DNA of 64,000 nt from Collinsella aerofaciens (GTDB lineage: Bacteria; Actinomycetota; Coriobacteriia; Coriobacteriales; Coriobacteriaceae). The notes under the pieces were generated by a model, which had not been told where the DNA came from, searched no databases, and saw only the letters and a list, made by a program, of their open reading frames with translations. This document shows, in pieces, positions 10,685 through 19,361 of the stretch. The first letter of the stretch is position 1, and every line of letters starts with the position of its first letter. Made by a program: the position numbers and the translations under genes. The stretch covers positions 60,463 to 124,462 of the forward strand of contig RQCP01000013.1 of NCBI GenBank assembly GCA_008668235.1. Direction: 5' to 3'.

Positions 10685-10887
10685 CCTTAAACCAAAAGAG
10701 CCCGGCACCGTAACGGTACCGGGCTCGATATTCCTCTGGTGCCCCCGGGCGGATTCGAAAACTCCCCCCGCGGGGAAATTGGTGACGCGGGTGTCGACGG
10801 CTCGAATCCTGCCCTTAGACCAGAAGAGCCCGGCACCGTAGCGGTACCGGGCTCGATATTCCTCTGGTGCCCCCGGGCGGATTCGAA
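10685..10887. repeat. Two ~75-bp copies (10685-10759, 10813-10887) of hairpin + tRNA-Arg 3' end fragment
   Basis: ccttaRaccaRaagagcccggcaccgtaRcggtaccgggctcgatattcctctggtgcccccgggcggattcgaa repeated at a 128-bp offset. Confidence 0.9.
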
Positions 10888-10910
10888 CCGTCGACACCCG
10901 CTTTAGGAGA
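10864..10910. repeat. att site: 47-bp direct repeat of tRNA-Arg 3' half (left boundary of IME)
   Basis: Identical to 24268-24314. Confidence 0.95.
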
Positions 10911-11101
10911 TATGATTTAATGCTACCCCCTACCATTCATCAAGCATCATTGAATATCATATAACCGCAGATAAACATAGCAGTTTGTGTCTTTTGCCTC
11001 CGGTAGCTGCGCCTACGCTTTTACAAACATATTACTAACAGCTTTAGCTAAACTGCACTCAATGAATTGTTGAAAACTATTCAAAGAAACGGAGCGCAAA
11101 G

Positions 11102-12349
11102 ATGTCAGAACAGCCACTAATTAGCGGAAGAGGCACGTGTTGGAAAGACAAGAGATCACCTAACACCTATCGCTATTATTTTTCCCTTGGAGTCAAGGAC
11201 CCTAAGACGGGGCGCTACAAACGATCCCCAACTTATACAGTTCGTTGCAAGACTAAAACAGAAGCTAAGGCTGCAATGCAGGCCAAGCTGGCTGAAATCA
11301 ACTCCTCTGGCACGATCACTAAAACTAAAAAGCCCACTTTGCTTGCGTCCTACTGCTGGGCCTTTCATGAAAATAGGGACACCGAGCTTGCGCCAACGAG
11401 CTATGAAAGAGAAGCGTACGATTGCAGGCATATCGAAGACCTATTCGGTGCGTTTCAGACAATTGAGGGGCTAACTCCCGATCTAATCGAAGAAACATAT
11501 GCCGAAGCTCGTCGTACGGGAAAATACAAACCATCAGAGCTTGTACGAATCAATGCGAAACTGCGTCAGATTTTGTCGAATGCAGTCGCAAAGAGAATAA
11601 TTGACCGAAACCCCTGCGCTACCGTTCATGTTCGCAGACCACGCAACAAAAGAGAATCACTGACAATCGACCAAGTAGCTACCCTATGCACACATCTTCA
11701 ACACATTGAGCTCACCGCCGAAGCTGTTGGTACACTAGTACTAGTGTATACGGGTATGCGGAAAGGCGAGATGCTGGGCCTCGAATGGCGCGATTGGGAC
11801 CCTGCCAATAAAACCTTGAAAATTGACAGGCAGTACACCAACGACCATGAACTGAGGGCACCCAAGTCACAAGAAAGCCAACGCAAAATCCCCGTTGGAG
11901 AAACCTTGACCGAACGTCTTCAATCATGGTCAGCCATACAAAAAGAGCTCCTGGCCTCTCTGGGGCTGTCCCAGACTGGCAGCACTCCCATCATTAGCGA
12001 TATTGCTGTCGAGCAAGGGATCCCTACTGTCTGTCACATGAAAAACTACATCTTCAACCATTGGTTTCGCGATTTCGCAGTTAGCTGCAATCTTGGAATC
12101 TATGAGCCGAACAATTCGACTGGCGGAAAACTATATAAGGGCATCTGCCCGCATCAGCTCAGGCATTGTGTAAGCACTTTTATGCTGGCGAACGGATCGG
12201 ACGTTAGAAGCGTGCAAGGTATTCTTGGCCACGCGGACCCCAATATCACGCTCAAAACGTATACAAGCCTCGTTCAACAATCAGAAATAAAAGCAGTTAA
12301 AGGCTACGAAGCCTTCATCAACGCCTATATACAGAGAAGCGAGAAATAG
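11102..12349 (+). CDS. int: Tyrosine recombinase / integrase
   Basis: Catalytic R (TGMRKGE), K (APKS), HQLRH, LGHA, Y (LKTYT); adjacent to att. Confidence 0.95.
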   Translation: MSEQPLISGRGTCWKDKRSPNTYRYYFSLGVKDPKTGRYKRSPTYTVRCKTKTEAKAAMQAKLAEINSSGTITKTKKPTLLASYCWAFHENRDTELAPTSYEREAYDCRHIEDLFGAFQTIEGLTPDLIEETYAEARRTGKYKPSELVRINAKLRQILSNAVAKRIIDRNPCATVHVRRPRNKRESLTIDQVATLCTHLQHIELTAEAVGTLVLVYTGMRKGEMLGLEWRDWDPANKTLKIDRQYTNDHELRAPKSQESQRKIPVGETLTERLQSWSAIQKELLASLGLSQTGSTPIISDIAVEQGIPTVCHMKNYIFNHWFRDFAVSCNLGIYEPNNSTGGKLYKGICPHQLRHCVSTFMLANGSDVRSVQGILGHADPNITLKTYTSLVQQSEIKAVKGYEAFINAYIQRSEK

Positions 12350-12567
12350 CATGTTTTTCATTCATCGTTTATTTCATAATATTACGGTACTATAATACCG
12401 TTTCCGCAGGTAGATGCTTTATTTGATTGACATCTAATGAGTTTTAATACATGCTAAAGCTGTCAGATGGCTACGCATGTAGTCATAGAAACCGGCCCCC
12501 CAAGTGCTTATGAACCTGGTACGTCTTACAAGCACAGGGAGGGCCCTCATTGAAAGGATAGCTCATC

Positions 12568-12813
12568 ATGGCTACTCCAAAGATTAGCACTCAGGCGTCC
12601 ACACCGACTTTCCCCACTGGTGCCGCTCAGTGCGATCGGTTGCTCCGCGTTAACGATATCCGCGAACTCACTGGCTGGAGCGAAAACACCGCACGCAAGT
12701 TTATGCGAGAGTCCGGCAAGCTCATCCAGATCCATCGCTCTAATTACATGTTTGAAAGCTCGTTCTACGAGCTTTTCAAGCAGCTTGAAGGTCGTACCGC
12801 CCACCTTGATTAG
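12568..12813 (+). CDS. Small DNA-binding protein, excisionase-like
   Basis: 81 aa, 'LLRVNDIRELTGWSENTARK' HTH pattern, GAAAGGA RBS, follows int. Confidence 0.65.
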   Translation: MATPKISTQASTPTFPTGAAQCDRLLRVNDIRELTGWSENTARKFMRESGKLIQIHRSNYMFESSFYELFKQLEGRTAHLD

Positions 12814-12822
12814 GTGGTAAAC

Positions 12823-13209
12823 ATGAGCGAGCTTCCGTCGATTTCCGACATATTTAGCGATGATGCTACTGAGCAACGAGAGATTACGGGAAAAATGGAT
12901 AAGGCTATTTTTATTTCAGTGCCCGAGTGGGCGTGCTGCGTCACCACCGTTGCCGCCGAGCGTCTCATCCTCGGCCTTGTATGGAAGTTTGGAAAACCTT
13001 CCAAAAACAAACGGCCCATGGGCTTCTGCGCTAAAAGCAAATGGATTGAGGATCACTACCGCCTGAGTAAGAACACGATATCCCGGGCCTATACCTCTCT
13101 GAAGGATAAGGGGTATATTCAAAAAGTTGGTGATGGCAGCTGGATGCTTAATTACGCCGCAATCTACCGCGCCGCGATTGAAAACGCTTGGGAGCCTCCG
13201 AAACTTTAA
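12823..13209 (+). CDS. Winged-HTH protein, possible replication initiator
   Basis: 'FCAKSKWIEDHYRLSKNTISRAYTSLKDKGYI' resembles wHTH of phage/plasmid Rep N-termini; AGGTGG RBS. Confidence 0.55.
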   Translation: MSELPSISDIFSDDATEQREITGKMDKAIFISVPEWACCVTTVAAERLILGLVWKFGKPSKNKRPMGFCAKSKWIEDHYRLSKNTISRAYTSLKDKGYIQKVGDGSWMLNYAAIYRAAIENAWEPPKL

Positions 13210-13661
13210 GCCCACAAACCGACTATCGAGGTCGTGAGAGTCGGTCACCGTCAGGATGCCCACAAGAACATGCCGCGGATGTAAAATGAAGCAGGGTCGA
13301 ACCGAAACAGTTCCCGGACAATTGGCGTCCGGCCAGACACTTCGATTCGACCCTTTCTCATGCCTGCATCTAAAATACTCCCACAATCATTCTCGACATC
13401 TTTAACGCCCTCACCTCCTGCCACCAACACGTCGTAGACGCTATTTACAACGAATCGATATGGCCGCCCGTTCTTTAAGGCACGTGTTACCATGAAAACG
13501 TGCGGTATTTCTCCAACCGAAAACCTGCGTGAACGCATGACTTGAGACGCCTTTTAGAACTCACCGATCGCAGGGCGAACACAAATCAACAGCGGCCGTG
13601 CATTGTTCCCAGCCATATGGCATGGCGGAGCCATGCCTGTTGTTGATTGGAGTGCCGCACC

Positions 13662-14231
13662 ATGGCAGACGAGAAGAAAATCAGGGAGATCTACGGCGTG
13701 AAGTCCGTCCTCGATGAGGCCGCCGAGCGGATCGAGGCGACGTGGCGGGAGAAGCTGCTGCGCGAGACGGGCGACCTCAGGACCGAGAACGCGTTGCTCA
13801 GGGCCCAGCTCGATGAATCCAGCCGCAAGCTCGCCGAGGCGACGGATCGGAATGAAAAGATTGAGGCCGACTGCAATGAGCGGATTGCCTTTATAGAGGA
13901 GAAGTTCGAACTCGATACCGCGAGCCTCGAGATCGAGAACAACGAGCTCCATGCCGCGAGCGTCAGATATCTCGCCGATGCTCGGGAACTCGACAGGCAG
14001 GTCGTCCAGCTCCATGCCGAGGCCGTGGGCATGGTCGATGAGATCGAGCGACTGCGCGGCGAGCGTGATGCCGCGCTGAAAGCCCAAGCCGAGTTGAACG
14101 ACGCACTCCTGGCCCAGCGCGACCTGATGGCCGAGGTCGCCGCCCTCAAGGACCGCCTCGCCGCCTCCGAGCAGCGTGCGGCCGTGGCCGAGGCCAAGGT
14201 CGAGGTCATGACCCAGATGAAGATCGAGTAG
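13662..14231 (+). CDS. Coiled-coil hypothetical protein
   Basis: E/A/L/R-rich heptad pattern, GGAG RBS, high-GC codon usage. Confidence 0.7.
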   Translation: MADEKKIREIYGVKSVLDEAAERIEATWREKLLRETGDLRTENALLRAQLDESSRKLAEATDRNEKIEADCNERIAFIEEKFELDTASLEIENNELHAASVRYLADARELDRQVVQLHAEAVGMVDEIERLRGERDAALKAQAELNDALLAQRDLMAEVAALKDRLAASEQRAAVAEAKVEVMTQMKIE

Positions 14232-14249
14232 GCCGCATAGCATCTAATT

Positions 14250-14290
14250 TTCTAGAAACCCCCTAGAGCATTTCTAGGGGATTTCTAGAA
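14250..14290. terminator. 41-bp palindrome between convergent genes (bidirectional terminator or binding site)
   Basis: ttctagaaaccccctag-agcattt-ctaggggatttctagaa, 17-bp arms with 1 mismatch. Confidence 0.55.
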
Positions 14291-15007
14291 CTGAGAACCG
14301 GGCGCAGCACTTTCGATCGGCACGATGTCTCGATAGACCAGACGGTGCCTGTCGTCACGCCACTCGTCACCGTGGTAGTGCCCGAAGAACCAAGCGCGGT
14401 AGCCGAGCCGCCCATCGAGCTCGCCCAGGAAGGTTTGCAGCTGATCCCCACGGTACTCACGTCCGCGCTCCCGGCACAGCTCTCTGGCCAGGGCAGCAGG
14501 AGCCTCATGCGTCACCACGTAATCGACCCTCCAGCCTACGCGGTTGAGCGAGGCGCGGCAGTGTTCCGTCTCTTTCTCGCTCGGCATCTCCTCGGGCCAC
14601 CAGCTCCTCCCCTCCTTGCGATACTGCCTGTCGTTGCTCGCGGCGCCGCCCATGGCAAGGACCGTGGTTCCCGCGATGTCGAATACCCCTCCGCGCATGA
14701 GGTGCAGCACGTGCGGTCGTACCTCATGGACGAGGCCGCCGCTCCACTCCCGCACCGGCAGTTCTGTCAGGGCGTGGTGGTTCTCATGGTTGCCGTCTAC
14801 GAAACACGTGGTCCAGGGTTTCGACTCGAACCAGTCGAGCCAGTATTTCTCAGCATTCGAGCCGTCCCAGACGAAGCCGAAGTCGCCGGCCACGATCACC
14901 GCGTCATCGCGCGTCAGCGTCCGGCCCAGCGGCCAAGACCTGAAGGCGAACCTGCTGGCCCCGTACTCGGCCCTGCCGTGGACATCGCCTGTCACATAGA
15001 CCGTCAT
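14285..15007 (-). CDS. Calcineurin-like metallophosphoesterase (third of operon)
   Basis: GDVHG, AGDFG, DGNHE, THE, FGHYH; ATG overlaps upstream TGA. Confidence 0.9.
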   Translation of the reverse strand: MTVYVTGDVHGRAEYGASRFAFRSWPLGRTLTRDDAVIVAGDFGFVWDGSNAEKYWLDWFESKPWTTCFVDGNHENHHALTELPVREWSGGLVHEVRPHVLHLMRGGVFDIAGTTVLAMGGAASNDRQYRKEGRSWWPEEMPSEKETEHCRASLNRVGWRVDYVVTHEAPAALARELCRERGREYRGDQLQTFLGELDGRLGYRAWFFGHYHGDEWRDDRHRLVYRDIVPIESAAPGSQF

Positions 15008-15732
15008 CAGTACGCGCCCCACGGCAGGAGTTTGTCCCCGAGCCTCGCGATTCGGTCATACAGCACCGTGTGCCGTTCGTCCAGGTTGCCGTCTCGGTGA
15101 AAATGTCCGTAATACCAGCGCTTGTAGTCCAGGCGGTCCTCGAGCTCGTCGAGGAATCCGGTCAACCGGTCCACATCGGGGCGTTCCCAGCCCGGGTCCG
15201 GGTAGAGCGTCGGCGAGAGCATGCGCGTGGCGCAGGTATGGGTGATGACGCAGTCGACCTTCCAGCCGACCTCGTCGAGCCTTGCCCGCGCGGTATCGAA
15301 ATCGCGCTCGTCCGGGAGCTCCTGAGGCCACCAGCTGGAATACGGCACGCGGTATTCCCTGTCCACGCTCGTGGCACCGCCCATGGTGAAGATTGTCGAG
15401 CCGTCGAGCTCGAAGACCTCGCCGCGCGTCAGGCGCCGAATAGACGAAGTATCCGACAGGCGTTGCGTCAGCCCGCCGTGCCACGGTTCCATGGGACGCT
15501 CCTCCCAGTGGTCGAAGCGCTCGTGGTTGCCATCCACGAAGAGAACCGTGTAGGGGCGCGACTCGAGCCAAGCGATGTCAGCGCATTCCTCGGCAGAGAA
15601 ATCCCACGGAAAGCCAAAGTCACCGGCAACGATGAGATAGTCGTCGCTGGTAAGGCCATCCCCAAGCTCCCAGTCGCGGAGCTTTTGCATGTCGAGCCCA
15701 CCGTGGATGTCGCCCGTCACATAGACCGTCAT
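15007..15732 (-). CDS. Calcineurin-like metallophosphoesterase (second of operon, paralog of third)
   Basis: GDIHG, AGDFG, DGNHE, THT, YGHFH; start MTVYVTGD at 15732 via ATGA overlap. Confidence 0.9.
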   Translation of the reverse strand: MTVYVTGDIHGGLDMQKLRDWELGDGLTSDDYLIVAGDFGFPWDFSAEECADIAWLESRPYTVLFVDGNHERFDHWEERPMEPWHGGLTQRLSDTSSIRRLTRGEVFELDGSTIFTMGGATSVDREYRVPYSSWWPQELPDERDFDTARARLDEVGWKVDCVITHTCATRMLSPTLYPDPGWERPDVDRLTGFLDELEDRLDYKRWYYGHFHRDGNLDERHTVLYDRIARLGDKLLPWGAY

Positions 15733-16367
15733 CGGATCGCCTCTTCCCTCTTGTACGCCGCCAGCTCGCGCTCGACCTGCCTGTCGCCGGTCTCGTTGAC
15801 CCACCAGGGCCATTTCACCCGGCCGCACGGCTCGTCGACTCCGGCGAACCATTCCCTCAGCCCGTCGAGGCTCACCGGGGAGTGCCCGTTGGCATCGCAA
15901 CCGACGTCGTAGCGCAGAAGGCCCTGCTTGCGGTTGAACTCGTTGTACGCGCCGCCGCCGCTGTGGATGTGTCCGTGGAGGTGCCACGATCCATGGCTCA
16001 TGCCCTGCCAGTCGGCCATGGGGTAATGGCACAGGACGATCTTCTGCCCGTCGATCTTGAGCACGCAGATCGGCGGTTCCACGGTGAACGCGCCTGCGAC
16101 CGCCGGCTGGGTCCAGTCCTTGTCGTGGTTTCCCGGGACGAGGTGGATGCGCCTGCAGGCGATCTGTTTGCGCAGCCCGTAGGCGTCTTGGGCGGTCATC
16201 TTGAATGAGAAATCCCCCAGGATGTAGAGCTCGTCGTCCACGGCAACCTTGCCGTTGATGTTGTCGACGATGGCGTCGTTCATCTGCCAAATCGTCTCCC
16301 ACGGGCGGTCAGTGAACTTCAGCACGTTCTCATGCCCGAAGTGGGTGTCGCTGGTAAACCAGATCAT
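15729..16367 (-). CDS. Calcineurin-like metallophosphoesterase (first of operon; phage-type subfamily)
   Basis: SDTHFGH, LGDF, PGNHD, CHYP, HGHIH; AAGGAGA RBS before ATG 16367. Confidence 0.9.
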   Translation of the reverse strand: MIWFTSDTHFGHENVLKFTDRPWETIWQMNDAIVDNINGKVAVDDELYILGDFSFKMTAQDAYGLRKQIACRRIHLVPGNHDKDWTQPAVAGAFTVEPPICVLKIDGQKIVLCHYPMADWQGMSHGSWHLHGHIHSGGGAYNEFNRKQGLLRYDVGCDANGHSPVSLDGLREWFAGVDEPCGRVKWPWWVNETGDRQVERELAAYKREEAIR

Positions 16368-16567
16368 ATTTATGTCTCCTTCTGTCGCTAAAAAACGTTC
16401 TCCTTCGAGGTCAGGAGACGTTTTATGAGCGACATGAGGTGCATATCCCTCATGTTTCAAGCTCCAATCTGCCGGATTTGCCCAACTAAAAGTTTACGCC
16501 CACGCGCGAACAGGATTTGATTTTTGAAATATGGACGAATTGCTCGTCAGGAGGGTAAAATGGTGCC

Positions 16568-16654
16568 GACGGCAGCCCAAGTTGTGGTGAGCTGGGCAGA
16601 GCCGTTGCTTAACGAAGTTAGGTCATCGTCTTAGCGACGGTGGCCTTTCTTTTT
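16568..16654 (+). ncRNA. Candidate antisense (antitoxin) small RNA
   Basis: TAAAAT -10-like element near 16557, 5' hairpin gacggc-a-gccca...tgggc-aga-gccgtt, terminator aggtcatcgtc-ttagc-gacggtggcct-ttcttttt overlapping 3' end of convergent small ORF. Confidence 0.5.
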
Positions 16655-16756
16655 GGGCTTCGCACCCTGCTTGAGTGCCTTGGAAAGGCCGACAAGGGCC
16701 GTGAGGAGCGAGACCATAGCGGTCAGGAGCTTCACGGACTCAGTGAAATCGGTCAT
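16631..16756 (-). CDS. 41-aa hydrophobic/basic peptide, putative type I toxin
   Basis: Manual translation MTDFTESVKLLTAMVSLLTALVGLSKALKQGAKPKKKGHRR; GGAGGTGA RBS paired with upstream CCTCC; TAGAAT -10 at 16820-16825 (minus). Confidence 0.7.
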   Translation of the reverse strand: MTDFTESVKLLTAMVSLLTALVGLSKALKQGAKPKKKGHRR

Positions 16757-16943
16757 GGGCATCACCTCCCATCGGATGGAGGACTCTGCCCGGCACGAGA
16801 GCTGCCGCCAGCAAGGACGATTCTATCAGAGCGGCTGACTCCCGCCGATCAATTCATACTCCTCACCCTCGCCGAATTGCGAGCATGAAAGAATCGGCAC
16901 TGAATAGCAGCGCGCTAGGGCACCGATGATAGGCTTTCCAAAA

Positions 16944-18143
16944 CTAGCGAGGCGTGTCGCCGTGCGAGTAGTCACCGCGATCGACGACGCGATCGTCCAT
17001 CTGCCGCGATGCGGAGCTTCCGCCATGTGCTTGGCCTGCGGCGCGAACGCGGTCGTCGCCGGCATCGGGAACGGCGCCGGCGTAACGGTTGCGAATCTCC
17101 CGTGCGTAACCGCGACGCGCAAGAAGCTCATCACGTACGGCGGGATCTTCGAGTAGATCTTCATCGCACTTCGGCGCAATGAATTTAGGAAACGAATTGT
17201 AGGAGACGCCCTTGCTCGCTTTCGCCTGCTCGACCCACGCCGAGTATGCTTTCTTGAGACGCTTGATGTAAATCTCACAACGTTTCTCGTATGGAAGGGC
17301 TCGCTCGGCTTCCAACACGTTATTTTCGAAAGCCGTCTGCAACGACTTCAACGCGAAGCGCCCGTCGAGACGGGTCAGGTTGAAAGTGCACTTCGGATTG
17401 CCGGCCTCTTTGATATCGAGATCTGTCGCATAGACTCGATTGTTCTTGATGAAAATGTCTACGCCCCATGAGGCAAGTAATATCTTGAACTGCTCCATAT
17501 TCTTTACGCGACCTTCGTCGATCGCAATATGGATCAGCTCGCGCAGATTGTTTTTATAACTGTACTCACCGCGACCGATAATCTCCTTTTCTGTGTCGCG
17601 CGGCTGGCGATCGCGAATCTTCGAATTCTTCTTTCCCTTTTCAAGTTGAGTAAGATTCCAGTTCTTATCGAGTTCACGGACCCACGCGGCACGTTCGAAT
17701 TTTCCGTGACGCCCGCCCGTCTCGCAACGCTTACCCGTCAAAAGATCCGTTCGGTTGATTGCCATATGTACCGCGAACCGTTTTCCCGCCTTATCGCTTT
17801 CTTCATGCAGCGCGAGAATCACTTGTTGATGCGGATAGTGCTTCGCAAGCCATTGCTCCGCGTAGGCCAAACATGCATCGGGGGTCATCTTGCCTCCGTT
17901 GCATGAGCATTCTTCCGGAAGGAACGCGAGGATCTGATGAAGCAGGATTACGTTTTTGGCTCCGGCTTTCGACGGTTTGTCGTGATGGAAAACCTTTCTG
18001 GTTCTATCCATTTTCGAAAACCAGCGATCGCTGTATTCGATGTTCCAGCCACCACGCACAAGCGCATCTTTTCCGTTGATGTATTTACGGACGTTCTTCG
18101 CATACCGTTCACTCGAAACACTCTTCTGCTTAATGACGGTCAT
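16944..18143 (-). CDS. Relaxase/mobilization nuclease (MOBP-like)
   Basis: N-terminal Tyr (RKYI), HQILAF, LALHEE...AVHMAINR; overlaps mobC stop. Confidence 0.85.
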   Translation of the reverse strand: MTVIKQKSVSSERYAKNVRKYINGKDALVRGGWNIEYSDRWFSKMDRTRKVFHHDKPSKAGAKNVILLHQILAFLPEECSCNGGKMTPDACLAYAEQWLAKHYPHQQVILALHEESDKAGKRFAVHMAINRTDLLTGKRCETGGRHGKFERAAWVRELDKNWNLTQLEKGKKNSKIRDRQPRDTEKEIIGRGEYSYKNNLRELIHIAIDEGRVKNMEQFKILLASWGVDIFIKNNRVYATDLDIKEAGNPKCTFNLTRLDGRFALKSLQTAFENNVLEAERALPYEKRCEIYIKRLKKAYSAWVEQAKASKGVSYNSFPKFIAPKCDEDLLEDPAVRDELLARRGYAREIRNRYAGAVPDAGDDRVRAAGQAHGGSSASRQMDDRVVDRGDYSHGDTPR

Positions 18144-18672
18144 TTTGGTCACCGCCGACGAAATATCGCTTCTCAAGATCGTCGATGAAACGGTCCAGCT
18201 TACGCCCAACTTGGTAAACCTTTTCGAGCGTGCGGAAAACAGCTTTCTCGTTGTACGCGGGAAGCCCCTGGGCGTTCACAAAATACATCAGCTGATTGAG
18301 GTTTGTTCCTTCCTTCAAAAGTTCGTGATAGATCTTGTCGATCGACGCCCGATCGACATCAATTTTCTCGACATTCCCTTTGAGCAGTACGCGACGTGCA
18401 TACGCACTGACAGTCATATCGAGGGAATCAGCATTGCTTTCAATTTTCGTTTTTTCTTCCGGTGAGACCCGGACGTGAATGTCATCGGTTCGGAATTTCT
18501 GGTCAGCGATTTCTGAAAAACCAAAATCGATATCGAGATCGTTGGCATTGCACAAAGCGAAGCGGATGAGTTCCGCCTCGCTCATCTCATGTCGCTTTGC
18601 GATTGCAGTGATGGCTTTCTTCTCTTCATCGGAAAGAGACGCCTTGACGGTGTGTGGGCGGAGCCTACTCAT
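18130..18672 (-). CDS. mobC: MobC-like relaxosome accessory protein (two RHH-like repeats)
   Basis: IHVRVSPEEK..MTVSAYARR; KEGTNLNQL matches MobC GNNLNQ motif; upstream of relaxase. Confidence 0.85.
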   Translation of the reverse strand: MSRLRPHTVKASLSDEEKKAITAIAKRHEMSEAELIRFALCNANDLDIDFGFSEIADQKFRTDDIHVRVSPEEKTKIESNADSLDMTVSAYARRVLLKGNVEKIDVDRASIDKIYHELLKEGTNLNQLMYFVNAQGLPAYNEKAVFRTLEKVYQVGRKLDRFIDDLEKRYFVGGDQNDRH

Positions 18673-18850
18673 GATTCCTCCGGAAAACGAATCAGCGATC
18701 GGAGAGGCCTCCGATCAAAACCTGCTATGCGATTCGCTTTCCTTTTAATGAGGAACGGCTGGCGTCGTTCCAAAATGAAGAACCGTCTCCGCGATTCTTC
18801 ATCGCGAAGTTCCAACTTCACGATAACCTTATCGCCGTAGCAGGCGGTAA

Positions 18851-18920
18851 GCAAGGTCTGTGGCGTGGTGTTTTTGGGGTCCGAATGGGCCCACAAAAAT
18901 GCCACCCACAGTCATCTTGC
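18851..18920 (+). other. Putative oriT: long imperfect hairpin ending in nic-like CATCTTGC
   Basis: ctgtggcgtggtgtttttggggtcc-gaat-gggcccacaaaaatgccacccacag then catcttgc, similar to RP4-type TATCCTG|C; upstream of mobC. Confidence 0.6.
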
Positions 18921-19284
18921 AATCTCCGGAACGGTGATTGGGCGAAACGCAGCGTAGACGTGGAATGAGAGGCCTCATTCCAAGCGAGAGGCCTCGCGGC
19001 GTTGTAACTGCGTGAAGACCGTGAGCGGAAGCGAATTTTTAACGCGAAGGATACTGAGTGTTAGAGATTCGCTGTAGCGAGAGCGAAGCGGTGATGCGAA
19101 TGCGAGGGATGCCGAGTATTTGCATCACCGCGCAGCGGACTCCGGGCGAGGGCTGGAGCAAGTTGATGGAAGACCTTACCGATTTGCGGAAGGTTTTGCC
19201 CGAAGCATCTGGCACCGCCGGATTCTTTTGGAACGGCCTCTCGTTTGATTGCTTTCCTATCGTTTGCTCCCAGACTGGTCGTCT

Positions 19285-19310
19285 AAAAAAGGCGGCCGAA
19301 ACCGGCCGCC
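19285..19310 (-). terminator. Intrinsic terminator downstream of lipoprotein gene
   Basis: ggcggccg-aaac-cggccgcc with A6 on the left. Confidence 0.7.
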
Positions 19311-19361
19311 CGCAAATAAATATTTATTCACCGAACGTAAGAGAAGGGGAACAAATGTACA

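Noticed and set aside
10737..10910. Additional tRNA genes
   Set aside because: Only 3' fragments; D-arm and 5' acceptor strand are absent.
13251..13538. Minus-strand ORFs in 12916-13538
   Set aside because: No clear RBS or motif, and partial overlap with better plus-strand genes.
15733..16302. N-terminal extension of the 431-aa ORF 15007-16302
   Set aside because: Overlaps the first phosphoesterase in another frame; the real start is MTVYVTGD at 15732 with an ATGA overlap, so this is neither a fusion nor a frameshift.
16560..16634. 24-aa plus-strand ORF MVPTAAQVVVSWAEPLLNEVRSSS after AGGAGGG
   Set aside because: The ATG overlaps the likely -10 element and the region is better explained as a structured antisense RNA; not fully excluded.
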